DNA of 64,000 bases, from positions 10,996 through 74,995 of the forward strand of contig JBMOME010000054.1 of assembly GCA_049323095.1 (NCBI GenBank), given 5' to 3'. Below the pieces are notes generated by a model. It was not told the DNA's origin. It did no database searches and saw only the letters and a program-made list of their open reading frames with translations. The DNA comes from Thermodesulfobacteriota bacterium. GTDB taxonomy: Bacteria; Desulfobacterota; Desulfomonilia; Desulfomonilales; Desulfomonilaceae. The stretch's first letter is position 1; each line of letters starts with the position of its first letter. A program made the position numbers and the translations under genes. This document shows positions 18,580 through 27,056 of this stretch, piece after piece.

Positions 18580-19551
18580 CTACTTCGCCGCTCCGATCTT
18601 CTTCAGGTCCTCCTGAGCAAGGGCGTTGGATACGGGATAGAAGCCGTCCTTGATCACGATCTTCTGGCCGTCTTTGGCCAGAGAGTACTTGATGAATTCC
18701 GCCATTAGCGGTGAAAGCGCCTCATTGGGCTTCTTGTTGAAATAGATGTAAAGGAAGCGTGCAAGCGGATAATCACCTGCATAAGCGTTCTCTGCAGTCG
18801 CATCGAAGCACTTGTTCGGGTCCTTTCCCAGAGGAACGGTCTTGACGTCAGGAGTCTTGTACCCGACCCCGGAGTATCCTATTGCGTACTTGTCCGTAGC
18901 TACACCCTGAACCACCGCAGACGAACCGGGCTGCTCCTTTACGCTGTCTTTGTAATCTCCCTGAAACAGGGCCACGTCCTTGAAATAGCCGTACGTGCCG
19001 GAAGCGCTGTTACGGCCATACATGGAAATGGGTTTGTCCGCCCACTCTCCTTTGAGACCCAGGTCGCCCCACGTCTTGATGTCCTTGGCCTGACCGCCCT
19101 TTCGGGTCTTGGAGAAGATCGCGTCAAGCTGCTTCAATGTTAGGCACTTAATCGGATTGTCCTTATGCACGAACACTGCCAACGAGTCAACTGCGACCCG
19201 AACCACAGACGGCTTGTACCCGAACTTCTTCTCAAAAGCCTCGATCTCCTTCTGCTTTATCTCTCGGGACATAGGGCCGAACTGAGCTGTTCCCTCGATC
19301 AGCGCCGGAGGAGCAGTGGAGGATCCTTTTCCCTCAATCGAGATCTTCACGTTAGGATAATTCTGCCGAAATCCTTCCGACCATAGGGTCATAAGATTAT
19401 TGAGAGTATCAGACCCGACGGACTTGAGTTCACCCGAGACGCCGCCGGTCTTCTTGTAATCCGGCAAAGCCGGATCCATCTCTACTGCAAAGGCGACAGG
19501 TGCAGACAGAACCAGCACAGCAGCCGCCACCAGGCCGATCTTCCTTATCAC
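18580..19551 (-). CDS. pstS: phosphate-binding protein PstS
   Basis: The ORF-track start (19692) adds 47 residues that do not look like a signal peptide. GTG at 19551 is preceded by GGAGG and yields the signal peptide MIRKIGLVAAAVLVLSAPVAFA. The mature part has PstS-like motifs (GKGSSTAPPAL, GPMSREIK, YGRNSASGTY). Confidence 0.9.
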   Translation of the reverse strand: MIRKIGLVAAAVLVLSAPVAFAVEMDPALPDYKKTGGVSGELKSVGSDTLNNLMTLWSEGFRQNYPNVKISIEGKGSSTAPPALIEGTAQFGPMSREIKQKEIEAFEKKFGYKPSVVRVAVDSLAVFVHKDNPIKCLTLKQLDAIFSKTRKGGQAKDIKTWGDLGLKGEWADKPISMYGRNSASGTYGYFKDVALFQGDYKDSVKEQPGSSAVVQGVATDKYAIGYSGVGYKTPDVKTVPLGKDPNKCFDATAENAYAGDYPLARFLYIYFNKKPNEALSPLMAEFIKYSLAKDGQKIVIKDGFYPVSNALAQEDLKKIGAAK

Positions 19552-19625
19552 TATCAAACCTCCTGAGATATAGTGGCTCACATACCGGCCGGATATAGAA
19601 GCCTGATAGTAGGGTGAGGCTGTTG

Positions 19626-19642
19626 TGTTAGATTTCTGTGAA
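19626..19642 (-). promoter_or_regulatory. candidate Pho-box-like direct repeat upstream of pstS
   Basis: The minus strand reads TTCACA-GAAAT-CTAACA, two hexamers with 11-bp periodicity, about 75-90 nt upstream of the GTG start. It resembles TT(A/T/C)ACA-type PhoP/PhoB half sites. There is only one pair and the match is weak. Confidence 0.25.
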
Positions 19643-19850
19643 GACAAAAATAGAAAACCATAAGTCCCCGCCAATGGGATCGGGGCGCGCATCCATCGTG
19701 AGGAAAGAGAGGCAATTACGTGAGTGCGTTATGAAAGTTGTGGACGGGCGTGGTAGGGCCGGGTTTTGAAGAGGATCTGTCATAAGTCATAATTCGCAAC
19801 CCATTCGGTAGGGGCGGTTCGTGAACCGCCCGAAATCAGGGCGCTTCTCG

Positions 19851-20122
19851 GAGGCTGTCTCCAAAGTCTTGGCAACGGGCACATCGTGCCACGATGGGTG
19901 GCCGGGACGTTATACGTCCCGGTGCCGAAGGCACAGGAGGTTTATTCTCTTGATAGCTTATCAAGCAATAAAGCCAGAAATCGTGTATCCCCCCGAATAA
20001 ACTTCCTGTCGCTGCGCGACCCCGATCCCGCGTCCCGCGGGAACGTCGGGGCCACCCAATTGGGGCCTGTTTCAGTAATGGTGGCACGATCTCGAGTGGG
20101 ATCGTACTTCTGAGACAGCTTC
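19851..20122. mobile_element. MITE-like insertion of about 272 bp with imperfect terminal inverted repeats and a possible CTCG target duplication
   Basis: It starts GAGGCTGTCTC and ends GAGACAGCTTC (10/11 as an inverted repeat). It is flanked by CTCG (19847-19850) and CTCG (20123-20126). The uninterrupted site at 46277-46294 reads GCTTCTCGAAGCGCCC. There is no coding capacity. Internal REP units are present, for example 19896-19930. Confidence 0.5.
19896..19930. repeat. REP palindrome GGGTGGCCGGGACGTTATACGTCCCGGTGCCGAAG
   Basis: A near-identical 35-nt copy lies at 40629-40663 (GGGTGCCCGGGACGTTATACGTCCCGGCACCGAAG). Confidence 0.8.
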
Positions 20123-20197
20123 CTCGAAGCGCCCGTACCCCGAGTTCCGTGCATCGTAAGATTTTGAGACAGCCTGTTGAGACCCGCACCTACAAAG

Positions 20198-21007
20198 CTA
20201 TTCGAGAAGGAAGTCCACCAGTGAACCGGGGGGAACGCCAAAGAGGTACACCACAATGGCCGGGCCGGCGAAAACGTACAACAGCCCTCCCACAACCAGG
20301 AAGGGCCCGAAAGGAATCCGCGTGGTCGAGGCTGCCTCGCCCGCGGCCATTCCAATGACCCCGGCTACAGAGCCGATCAGCGAAGAAACCAGTAGAACGA
20401 AGAACACCCCTACCGGGCCCAAGAAAGCCCCCATCATGGCGAGGAGCTTCACATCACCGCCGCCCAGGCCTTCCGTTCCTCGAACGATTTCGTACACAAA
20501 AGCAGGGACATAAAGCACGAGAGCGCCAAAAACGATTCCCACCAAGGATGAATGCCAGCTTACATCGGGTAAGAAGCCTGCAACGGCAGCGACCAAACCC
20601 ACCGGCAATAAGCCGTACGTGATGGGATCAGGTATGATCATGTGGTCGATGTCAATCCAGAAGACGGCAATGAGAGCTGCGCAGAGGATGAAAAGAACGC
20701 CTAATTCCGCGGCGATCCCCACCTTCAAATAGAGCCCAAGAAAGACAAGAGCTGTGGTGAGCTCCACCAAAGGATAACGAATCGAGAAAGGGTTGCCGCA
20801 ATCGCGACACCGGCCGTTCAACACAAGGTAACTGACAAGAGGGATGTTGTCGTACCATCGAATGGGATGTCCGCACTGAGGGCACCTTGATCGCGGGGTA
20901 ACGATGGATTCGGCCAGAGGCAAACGGATGATCACCACATTGAGAAAACTGCCCACCACTGCGCCAAAGAGAAATGAAAAGATCGCGAAGAAGGTGTGTG
21001 GCGTCAT
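20198..21007 (-). CDS. pilD: prepilin peptidase (A24 family, PilD-like)
   Basis: 269 aa. N-terminal GSFLNVVI..RLP, a CPQCG...CRDCG cysteine cluster, a polytopic membrane core, and the GGGDVKLLAMMGAFLG motif. Confidence 0.9.
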   Translation of the reverse strand: MTPHTFFAIFSFLFGAVVGSFLNVVIIRLPLAESIVTPRSRCPQCGHPIRWYDNIPLVSYLVLNGRCRDCGNPFSIRYPLVELTTALVFLGLYLKVGIAAELGVLFILCAALIAVFWIDIDHMIIPDPITYGLLPVGLVAAVAGFLPDVSWHSSLVGIVFGALVLYVPAFVYEIVRGTEGLGGGDVKLLAMMGAFLGPVGVFFVLLVSSLIGSVAGVIGMAAGEAASTTRIPFGPFLVVGGLLYVFAGPAIVVYLFGVPPGSLVDFLLE

Positions 21008-21134
21008 GCCGATTGGTATCTCGCTGAGTCAATGAACTCTTGTCTGGATTGGGGAAGAGGCCCCGGGAATCATACCAAGCCTGCCTCATTAAGATGAGGT
21101 TGAGGCAGATCGCGGGGCCCTCTCCAAGTAAGCG

Positions 21135-21971
21135 CTATTTCACCGTAAACGTAATAGTTCCTAGCGGGCCGTATGTGGCCTCATATTTGCCTGGCTTCCC
21201 GGGGATCATCTTTCCCAGAGCGCCGGTATATAAGACCTGCCCAGGCTCAATCGTGCCACCGCGCTTCACAACTCCATTCACCAGCCACAGGAGCGCTTCC
21301 CATTGATCCCCAAGCGCGTCCTTGGCCTGTCCCTCATTAACCACGTTGCCGTCGAGCTTCAGAGCCACTTTGATCTGATTCACATCCACTTTGTCCGGAG
21401 CCACGGGCTTCCCCACGAGGTACTTCGCGCTTCCCACCGCGTCCGCCACTATGTCGCCCACTTTGAGATTCTTCATGTCTCCGAATCGCATGTCGGGTAG
21501 TTCGATGGCAGGGGCAACCTCTTTGATCATCTTCTTCAGCGACGCGACATCCTTTACCGGAGCGCTGATCTTCTGACCCGCGATGTAGGCGATTTCCGTT
21601 TCAAGGAAGAGCTTGACGAAATCCTTGGAGTCTATCACCGCGTCGGATGCGACTTTGCCTGACGTGAAAAACGGTCCCAGGAGCGGTTGATCCGATCCAA
21701 AACGCTGCTGAGTCTCTTTAGAGGTCAAGCCGGCTTTGAAGCCTCCAATCTTGTCCCCTTTCGCAAGAAGGGCCGCGGTCAGCTTCTTTTGAAGCGCATA
21801 GCCCTTTTCCAGATTAAGGTCCGGAATCTGCGCGGACGGGAGCGCGAAAGGCTTCACCGACGCACGAGACTCTACAATGCTCTTAACGACCTCGTCTTCC
21901 CCTGCGAATGAGAGCCCCACAAGGGCCAGAACGAAGATCAGCCCACAACAAAGGATAAGACCTCGTTTCAT
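21135..21971 (-). CDS. FAH-family hydratase/decarboxylase-like protein (2-keto-4-pentenoate hydratase type) with a signal peptide
   Basis: 278 aa. AGGAGGG lies upstream of the ATG. N-terminal MKRGLILCCGLIFVLALVGLSFA. The GGFKAGLTSKETQQRFG...PLLGP motif and the ETEIA segment resemble MhpD/XylJ-type hydratases. Confidence 0.65.
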   Translation of the reverse strand: MKRGLILCCGLIFVLALVGLSFAGEDEVVKSIVESRASVKPFALPSAQIPDLNLEKGYALQKKLTAALLAKGDKIGGFKAGLTSKETQQRFGSDQPLLGPFFTSGKVASDAVIDSKDFVKLFLETEIAYIAGQKISAPVKDVASLKKMIKEVAPAIELPDMRFGDMKNLKVGDIVADAVGSAKYLVGKPVAPDKVDVNQIKVALKLDGNVVNEGQAKDALGDQWEALLWLVNGVVKRGGTIEPGQVLYTGALGKMIPGKPGKYEATYGPLGTITFTVK

Positions 21972-22035
21972 GACTTCCCTCCTTCTCGATACAGGTTATT
22001 GCGCTAATTCTTTGAAATAACAAAATCGATCGGAT

Positions 22036-22341
22036 TCAGAATGTCCGGAGCATATATTCAAGCGGGCTCTCTTCATAGAGCTCCTGCCTCCGGCGCAGAT
22101 TTTCCTGGTCAAGCATCCTGTTATGGATGCTCCATCGTCTTATTATCTGTTGTGGGGGAACCCTATAAAACCTCATGGCCCCATATGCAGGAGGGGGCGC
22201 AGGTGAAGGTACAGGCGCATATTGATAGGTGGGGTAATTCTGGGGATAGGGATACCAGTAATACTGGCTCAACGACACTGATGGCAGCGCGAGAATCAGC
22301 AAGCCAGCCACAAGCACAACGCAACATAGTATTCGCTTCAA
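22036..22341 (-). CDS. small secreted Pro/Tyr-rich protein, paralog A
   Basis: 101 aa. TTG start with AGGAGG 7 nt upstream. Signal peptide MKRILCCVVLVAGLLILALPSVSLS. The C-terminus ...ESPLEYMLRTF is shared with the neighbouring gene. Confidence 0.6.
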   Translation of the reverse strand: MKRILCCVVLVAGLLILALPSVSLSQYYWYPYPQNYPTYQYAPVPSPAPPPAYGAMRFYRVPPQQIIRRWSIHNRMLDQENLRRRQELYEESPLEYMLRTF

Positions 22342-22433
22342 AGGCCATTCCTCCTGATCTCATCACAAAAACCGGCCCTGGTGCTAACGGATCTCACTGC
22401 GGTGTTGATCCGGCCCAGCGGACTCACCGGCTG

Positions 22434-22727
22434 CTAAAAGGTCCTGAGCATGTAATCGAGCGGGCTCTCCGGATTAACCGGATTGTCCCTGTCCAAGAGC
22501 CTGTCCGAGTCTCGGTTGTAGCTGTTCCACTTGCGCAACACCGGGGGCTCCGGGAACACGCAGTAGAGACAGGTATAATCGGACAACGGCGGCGCATCAC
22601 GGATCATCGGAACCTGCGGCTGGGCCACGTCCGCCGCGAGCAAGCCTCCCGATGATGCCAGCACAGCCAGGAAGGCGGCAATCGCGCATCCCAGCGTCAG
22701 TGCAGAGACACGTTGTGTCAGTCTCAT
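22434..22727 (-). CDS. small secreted protein, paralog B
   Basis: 97 aa. GGAGGTGG lies upstream of the ATG. It has a signal peptide, and the C-terminus ...ESPLDYMLRTF plus a PP..(I/L)R(R/K)W(S/N)..NR block are shared with paralog A. Confidence 0.6.
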   Translation of the reverse strand: MRLTQRVSALTLGCAIAAFLAVLASSGGLLAADVAQPQVPMIRDAPPLSDYTCLYCVFPEPPVLRKWNSYNRDSDRLLDRDNPVNPESPLDYMLRTF

Positions 22728-22768
22728 CGGTCCACCTCCGGGTCGCCCTCAACCAACCCACTGAAGCC

Positions 22769-22854
22769 TGGTGCGAGAGGGGGGACTTGAACCCCCATGG
22801 GTTGCCCCGCCGGATCCTAAGTCCGGTGCGTCTGCCAGATTCCGCCACTCTCGC
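22769..22854 (-). tRNA. tRNA-Leu (anticodon UAG)
   Basis: The reverse complement is GCGAGAGTGGCGGAATCTGGCAGACGCACCGGACTTAGGATCCGGCGGGGCAACCCATGGGGGTTCAAGTCCCCCCTCTCGCACCA. It has a 7-bp acceptor stem, anticodon stem CCGGA/TCCGG with loop CTTAGGA, a long variable arm, a GGGGG-TTCAAGT-CCCCC T-arm, and an encoded CCA. Confidence 0.9.
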
Positions 22855-23021
22855 CCGGTTCACGTTGCAGACCGTGTGACCAGGCTATTCTAGAATACCT
22901 CTGGGCGTTTGTGTCAAGCTGTGTTCTGCTTCTCCTCCGCAGAAAACGTCATGACACCGTGCTCAGCAGTCTTTGAAAGCCCGGAGGCACTCTTCATTTT
23001 AGATGCGGACGCAGTCCGTAG

Positions 23022-23063
23022 GATGCGGTTCCCCGCGTCCCGCGGGATCACCGCGTCCTACAT
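23022..23063. repeat. REP unit of the 959-1000 family, immediately after the comEC stop
   Basis: GATGCGGTTCCCCGCGTCCCGCGGGATCACCGCGTCCTACA. A hairpin is possible, so it may serve as a terminator for comEC. Confidence 0.65.
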
Positions 23064-23066
23064 GCT

Positions 23067-25568
23067 CTACGGTTGCACACTTCCCCGTTTGCCTCGACCG
23101 GTCCGGAAGGAAAGCGTTTGGCCGTCTGTTTCGAGAGTGACTGCGCCGTCACGACCGGTCCAGAACACATGCATCGCCACATCTTGAAGCCTGCGCAACA
23201 CATCGGGATTCGGGCACGCAGCCTGTTGTCTCTCTTCGCAGGGGATAACGGCAATCTTCGGCCTGACGGCTCTGAGGAACTGCTCGGTGGTGGATGTTTT
23301 ACAGCCGTGATGAGCCACTTTGAGCACAGTAGCTTCCAAGATCTGTCCCGAAGTCAATAGCTCTTCTTCTCCGGCGCGCTCCAGGTCTCCGGAGAAAAGG
23401 AAAGAGACTTTCCCGAAATCGATTCGGCACACAACCGACGCGTTGTTGAGGTCACGAGACAAACAATCCTGCCCTAATATCGGGGCAGGCGGGTTGAGAA
23501 AGGTCACTTGGGCGTTTCCCATCGTGATCGACTGAGCGCCTCGGTCAGCCTGTGCGACAGCTCCGCCTGCGGCTTGCACCGCGGCGAAGAGACCAGTGAG
23601 AAACGGAGGCTCGAACCCTATCCGGTTGTGCCATAAGCGCATCGGAGGGCTTCGAGCAATCACCGCGGCAAGTCCACCCATATGATCCATCTGGGGATGG
23701 GTCACGACGATCTCTTGCGGCCCTCGAATGCCGGCCCATTGAAAGAACGGGAGGAGAATGCTTTCCCCGGAGTCAAAATGAGGATTCTTGACTCCACCGT
23801 CGATGAGGAGCACGTGATCGGGCCGAGCCGTGATCAAGGCTGCATCTGCCTTTCCCACGTTGAGGAAGACGACGCGCAATGGAGGCTCCTCCGGCCCCAA
23901 CCACCGAAGGGCAGCAACCAAAGCCGCGAGAACCAGACCGGCTGTGATAACCGCGACCCATCGCTTCCGTGTGGGCCAACCAAAGCACCAGAGCACCCCG
24001 AATACAGCGCCCAGCGCGATAGAGAACTCCGGAACGCGCAGCTCGGGTAGGGTCACGGTGCTGGCCGGGAGTTCGGCAAAGAAGCGTCCTGCACGAATAC
24101 TCACGTCCACAAGGAGAGCCGCCGGCTCAAGCATAAGCGCTCCTGCTGCGGGCCAAATGATGCCGAGTAGCGCAGCTAATAGGGCCACGGGCAAGGCTAT
24201 AGTGAACAGGGGAACTGCGATGAGATTCGCGGGGAGCGTATAGACCGGGAAGTAATGAAACGTCTGCGCGAGGAAGGGAGCGGTTCCCAACGTGGCTGCA
24301 AAGGAGGTCAGGCACAGGGCCGCGGCATGACGGCTGAACTTCGTCGTCCAGTGTTCATTGCGGCCCGCTCGCATGTCCGGTTCAGTTGCTGCGCTCTGCA
24401 GATCGCTCTGAGTCGGTCCATACCATCGCTTCATCACGTTGGGCACCACGAGCAGGATTCCAAGCACCGCGGCAAACGAGAGCTGGAAGCTGACAGTGAA
24501 GATCGACAACGGATACACCAAGAGGATGATGAATGCTGCCAGAGCCAGTGAATTCAGAGAGTACCATCGACGGTCCAGCATGATCGCGGCGGCCACCACC
24601 AGCCCCATGATCGTGGAACGCACCGCAGGCGCGCGGCCTCCCACGAGAAGGCAGTAAACGACCATTGCCGGAATGGAGGCCGCGGCAGCGAGCTTTCTTC
24701 GCGGTGTCCAGAGAAAGACAGTCGGGTATGGAGCTGTAGCGATCAAAACGAAGATGGATGTGAACAGAGCCACGATACCCACGTGCAAACCGGACGCGGA
24801 CAAGATATGCGCCAGTCCTGACGCGGCAAACGATCGCCGGAGAGAAGAATCCACCTCGCCCTGGTCTCCCAGAACGATACCCTTGAAAACCGCTCTCACA
24901 TCCCCCTGAGAGTGACGCTCCAGGAAGCTGCTCATAGCCTCCCGGAGCTCATACAGGGCCGCGCGCGGCGCGAGCCGTGATCCACGGCTCAGCAACAGAA
25001 TCGAATTCGGCCCTTGGACCGAGGCCTGCCATAGGATTCCGTTGTCTTTGCAGTACATTTCCCAGTCAAATTCCCCTGGATTGCCTCTGTTGCGCGGCTT
25101 CTTAATGCCGGACCGAAACGATACGCGATCTCCTGCGCACAGCGCGGTCTCATTGTCGCGCAGGAAAAGCCTTCCAAACCCTGGGATCGGCTGATTTGCC
25201 ACAGTATCCCGACCCGAGTCGAGAAGAAGGATGCGAAACCGGTCGCCTGATGCGAGCTTATCTCTGACGGTCGCGTGGATAACGCGCTTATCCGCTGGAG
25301 GGCTATAAGCCTCTCCGATGCAGAGGCCGGCCATGGCGCTATAGAACCCGAATGAGCAAAGAAAGGCCGCGGTCGATAGCCAAAGGTATTCACGCTGTCG
25401 GAGCCTCAAGGATCCAAGGAGCATAAAGAGAGAGATCAGAACGGGGACGAGACCCCACGTACCCAGGCATGTCCTGGACGTGTTTGCCGTGAAAATGCCC
25501 GCGACCAGAAATGCAAGAGCCGCGACCGCGGGGTACCGCTCCAGGTGACTGGCCAGCCGAGGCATCAT
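23067..25568 (-). CDS. comEC: DNA internalisation competence protein ComEC/Rec2
   Basis: 833 aa. It has a polytopic competence domain (LSASGLHVGIV...) and a C-terminal metallo-beta-lactamase domain (VTHPQMDHMGG, KVAHHG). Confidence 0.9.
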   Translation of the reverse strand: MMPRLASHLERYPAVAALAFLVAGIFTANTSRTCLGTWGLVPVLISLFMLLGSLRLRQREYLWLSTAAFLCSFGFYSAMAGLCIGEAYSPPADKRVIHATVRDKLASGDRFRILLLDSGRDTVANQPIPGFGRLFLRDNETALCAGDRVSFRSGIKKPRNRGNPGEFDWEMYCKDNGILWQASVQGPNSILLLSRGSRLAPRAALYELREAMSSFLERHSQGDVRAVFKGIVLGDQGEVDSSLRRSFAASGLAHILSASGLHVGIVALFTSIFVLIATAPYPTVFLWTPRRKLAAAASIPAMVVYCLLVGGRAPAVRSTIMGLVVAAAIMLDRRWYSLNSLALAAFIILLVYPLSIFTVSFQLSFAAVLGILLVVPNVMKRWYGPTQSDLQSAATEPDMRAGRNEHWTTKFSRHAAALCLTSFAATLGTAPFLAQTFHYFPVYTLPANLIAVPLFTIALPVALLAALLGIIWPAAGALMLEPAALLVDVSIRAGRFFAELPASTVTLPELRVPEFSIALGAVFGVLWCFGWPTRKRWVAVITAGLVLAALVAALRWLGPEEPPLRVVFLNVGKADAALITARPDHVLLIDGGVKNPHFDSGESILLPFFQWAGIRGPQEIVVTHPQMDHMGGLAAVIARSPPMRLWHNRIGFEPPFLTGLFAAVQAAGGAVAQADRGAQSITMGNAQVTFLNPPAPILGQDCLSRDLNNASVVCRIDFGKVSFLFSGDLERAGEEELLTSGQILEATVLKVAHHGCKTSTTEQFLRAVRPKIAVIPCEERQQAACPNPDVLRRLQDVAMHVFWTGRDGAVTLETDGQTLSFRTGRGKRGSVQP

Positions 25569-25791
25569 CGTTCCCGCCGGGTGTCCCGGGCGCGCGCGTT
25601 CAATGCACGAATCCCTTGAAGATCGTCACTCACGATGGTAATCGATTGCTTGACCTCACCGGTCTGTCCCCACGAGACCCTTGCGGCCTGAAGCGTTCCA
25701 CCGTTCTCGGCGCATGAAGTCTCTTCTCTATCGGCCAGGGCCCTTGCCTGCCGTACGGGAAAGCGTTGTCGGGGTATCCGAGGGAATATCT

Positions 25792-26547
25792 ATGGAATCG
25801 TTCGGAGAATACCTCAAGAGCCTGCGAGAAGAAAAGGGGATGACGCTCGCACAGATGTCTGAGCGGACCAAGGTGGCGGTGACCAACCTGGAACTGCTCG
25901 AAAGAGACCGGTACGATCTGCTTCCTCCCAGGGTATTTGTGAGAGGCTTTGTTCAATCTTATGCCCAAGCCTTGGATCTGGACCCCGACCACGTGCTGCG
26001 CGAATTCGAGAATTTCACCCGACAAGGGGAAGTGCCTAACTACGAACACGAAGAACACCCGTTATTTCAGCGCCACTCGCCGGCTCGACCGTATGGCGGA
26101 AGGAAATGGTTCAACATTGCTCTGACCGCGGCGGGCCTGATAGCGCTGGGCATTCTGATGCTTACAGGCGTAACGCGGCTCTTTTTTTCCGAGCCGGCGG
26201 ACAAGACAGCAGGATCAACCGCGAGGACAGAGGGATCTCCAGTTGCTCGGCAGCTTGTCTCACCTAAGATCTCCGAAGGCCCTGCCTTTGACCAGCCGGC
26301 TCCCAAACAGGCTGGGAAGAAGGTTCTTGAAATCAAGGCGTTGTCTCACACGTGGCTGCGAGTCACCCCGGATGATGGCCCTGCCGAAGAACTCACCATG
26401 TCGCGCGGTGACGTCCAGATCTTCACAGCACGGACCGGATTCCAGATCCAGACCGGAAACGCGGGTGGTATCCGTTTGCGTTTTGATGGGAAAGAGCTGC
26501 CCGTTATGGGCAAGGAGAACCAGACCCTGTCGCTGTCACTACCCTGA
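25792..26547 (+). CDS. rodZ: RodZ-like cytoskeleton protein (HTH + TM + DUF4115-like C-terminus)
   Basis: The ORF track starts at 25681. I prefer ATG 25792, with GAGGGA upstream. N-terminus: MESFGEYLKSLREEKGMTLAQMSERTKVAVTNLELLERDRYDLLPPRVFVRGFVQSYAQALDLD. It has one TM and a C-terminal beta-rich domain (LEIKALSHTWLRV...GNAGGIRLRFDG). Confidence 0.8.
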   Translation: MESFGEYLKSLREEKGMTLAQMSERTKVAVTNLELLERDRYDLLPPRVFVRGFVQSYAQALDLDPDHVLREFENFTRQGEVPNYEHEEHPLFQRHSPARPYGGRKWFNIALTAAGLIALGILMLTGVTRLFFSEPADKTAGSTARTEGSPVARQLVSPKISEGPAFDQPAPKQAGKKVLEIKALSHTWLRVTPDDGPAEELTMSRGDVQIFTARTGFQIQTGNAGGIRLRFDGKELPVMGKENQTLSLSLP

Positions 26548-26570
26548 GCATCGCGTTGGCGCGATGTTTG
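26548..26570 (+). terminator. short hairpin plus TTT after rodZ
   Basis: CATCGCG (26549-26555), loop TTGG, CGCGATG (26560-26566), followed by TTTG. The stem is short. Confidence 0.35.
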
Positions 26571-26630
26571 GCCCTTCCACTGCAATCGACAACCACGTCT
26601 TGACCTACAATACGCTCGGAAAGGCCAACA

Positions 26631-26990
26631 ATGAGCGAACATCAAAAAAAACTGCTCTTGGTTATCCATATTCGAACGCAGGTGGACTTACTCCCCGTAA
26701 TCGAAGGGGAAGGGTGGCATACCGCGAAGGATTTGTTCAGGAAAACGAGCACACTTTTTAACCGGGACTGGAATGGCAAGTACGCGCTCGATTTGGATGA
26801 AAAACCCTGGCTCGTGTCAGAGCAGGAGTTCGCGAAGCTCAAGACGCGAAAAGGGCGCGTAGTCGCACTCGCAGCCGGCAAATACCATGTCTCCGACGAT
26901 GTGCCTCTTTACGTGGATTCAGACGGCACGCCGTACGCGCTGGCGGACGACCTCAAGGGATTCTTGGGCAAGATAGGGATCGAAGCTTGA
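26631..26990 (+). CDS. hypothetical protein (119 aa)
   Basis: Coding-like composition, but I recognise no motif. It lies 66 nt upstream of the DprA-like gene on the same strand. Confidence 0.5.
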   Translation: MSEHQKKLLLVIHIRTQVDLLPVIEGEGWHTAKDLFRKTSTLFNRDWNGKYALDLDEKPWLVSEQEFAKLKTRKGRVVALAAGKYHVSDDVPLYVDSDGTPYALADDLKGFLGKIGIEA

Positions 26991-27056
26991 TTTTCATGCA
27001 TGTACCGTGAAACCTCGCGGTGAATCATCTCCGCCAAGAAGCTCTCCTCACACTGA

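Larger units (their letters stand above)
19784..20193. repeat. composite MITE/REP-like element, interrupted copy of the element at 46205-46350
   Basis: 19784-19850 matches 46218-46284 at 65/67 positions. 20127-20193 is clearly similar to 46285-46350 (AAGCGCCC.TAC...TTCCGTGCATC...TTTTG.GACAGCCTG...CCTACA). The two halves are separated here by about 272 nt. Confidence 0.75.

Noticed and set aside
18580-19692. Upstream-extended ORF-track starts for pstS (19692), pstC (18247), livF (38442), the second ABC-2 permease (52885), the TRAP small permease (33513), rodZ (25681), the OMP (48238) and the Zn-ribbon protein (3219).
   Set aside because: Internal starts have better RBS spacing, give proper signal peptides, or avoid long overlaps with the upstream gene or with REP units.
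19777-19793. CTGTCATAAGTCATAA upstream of pstS, which looks like an E. coli-type Pho box.
   Set aside because: It lies on the wrong strand relative to pstS. It is also part of the repeated element that recurs at 46218 in a non-Pho context.
22769-23066. An integrated element or genomic island at tRNA-Leu.
   Set aside because: I saw no integrase, no direct repeat of the tRNA 3' end and no compositional break. The flanking genes look chromosomal.
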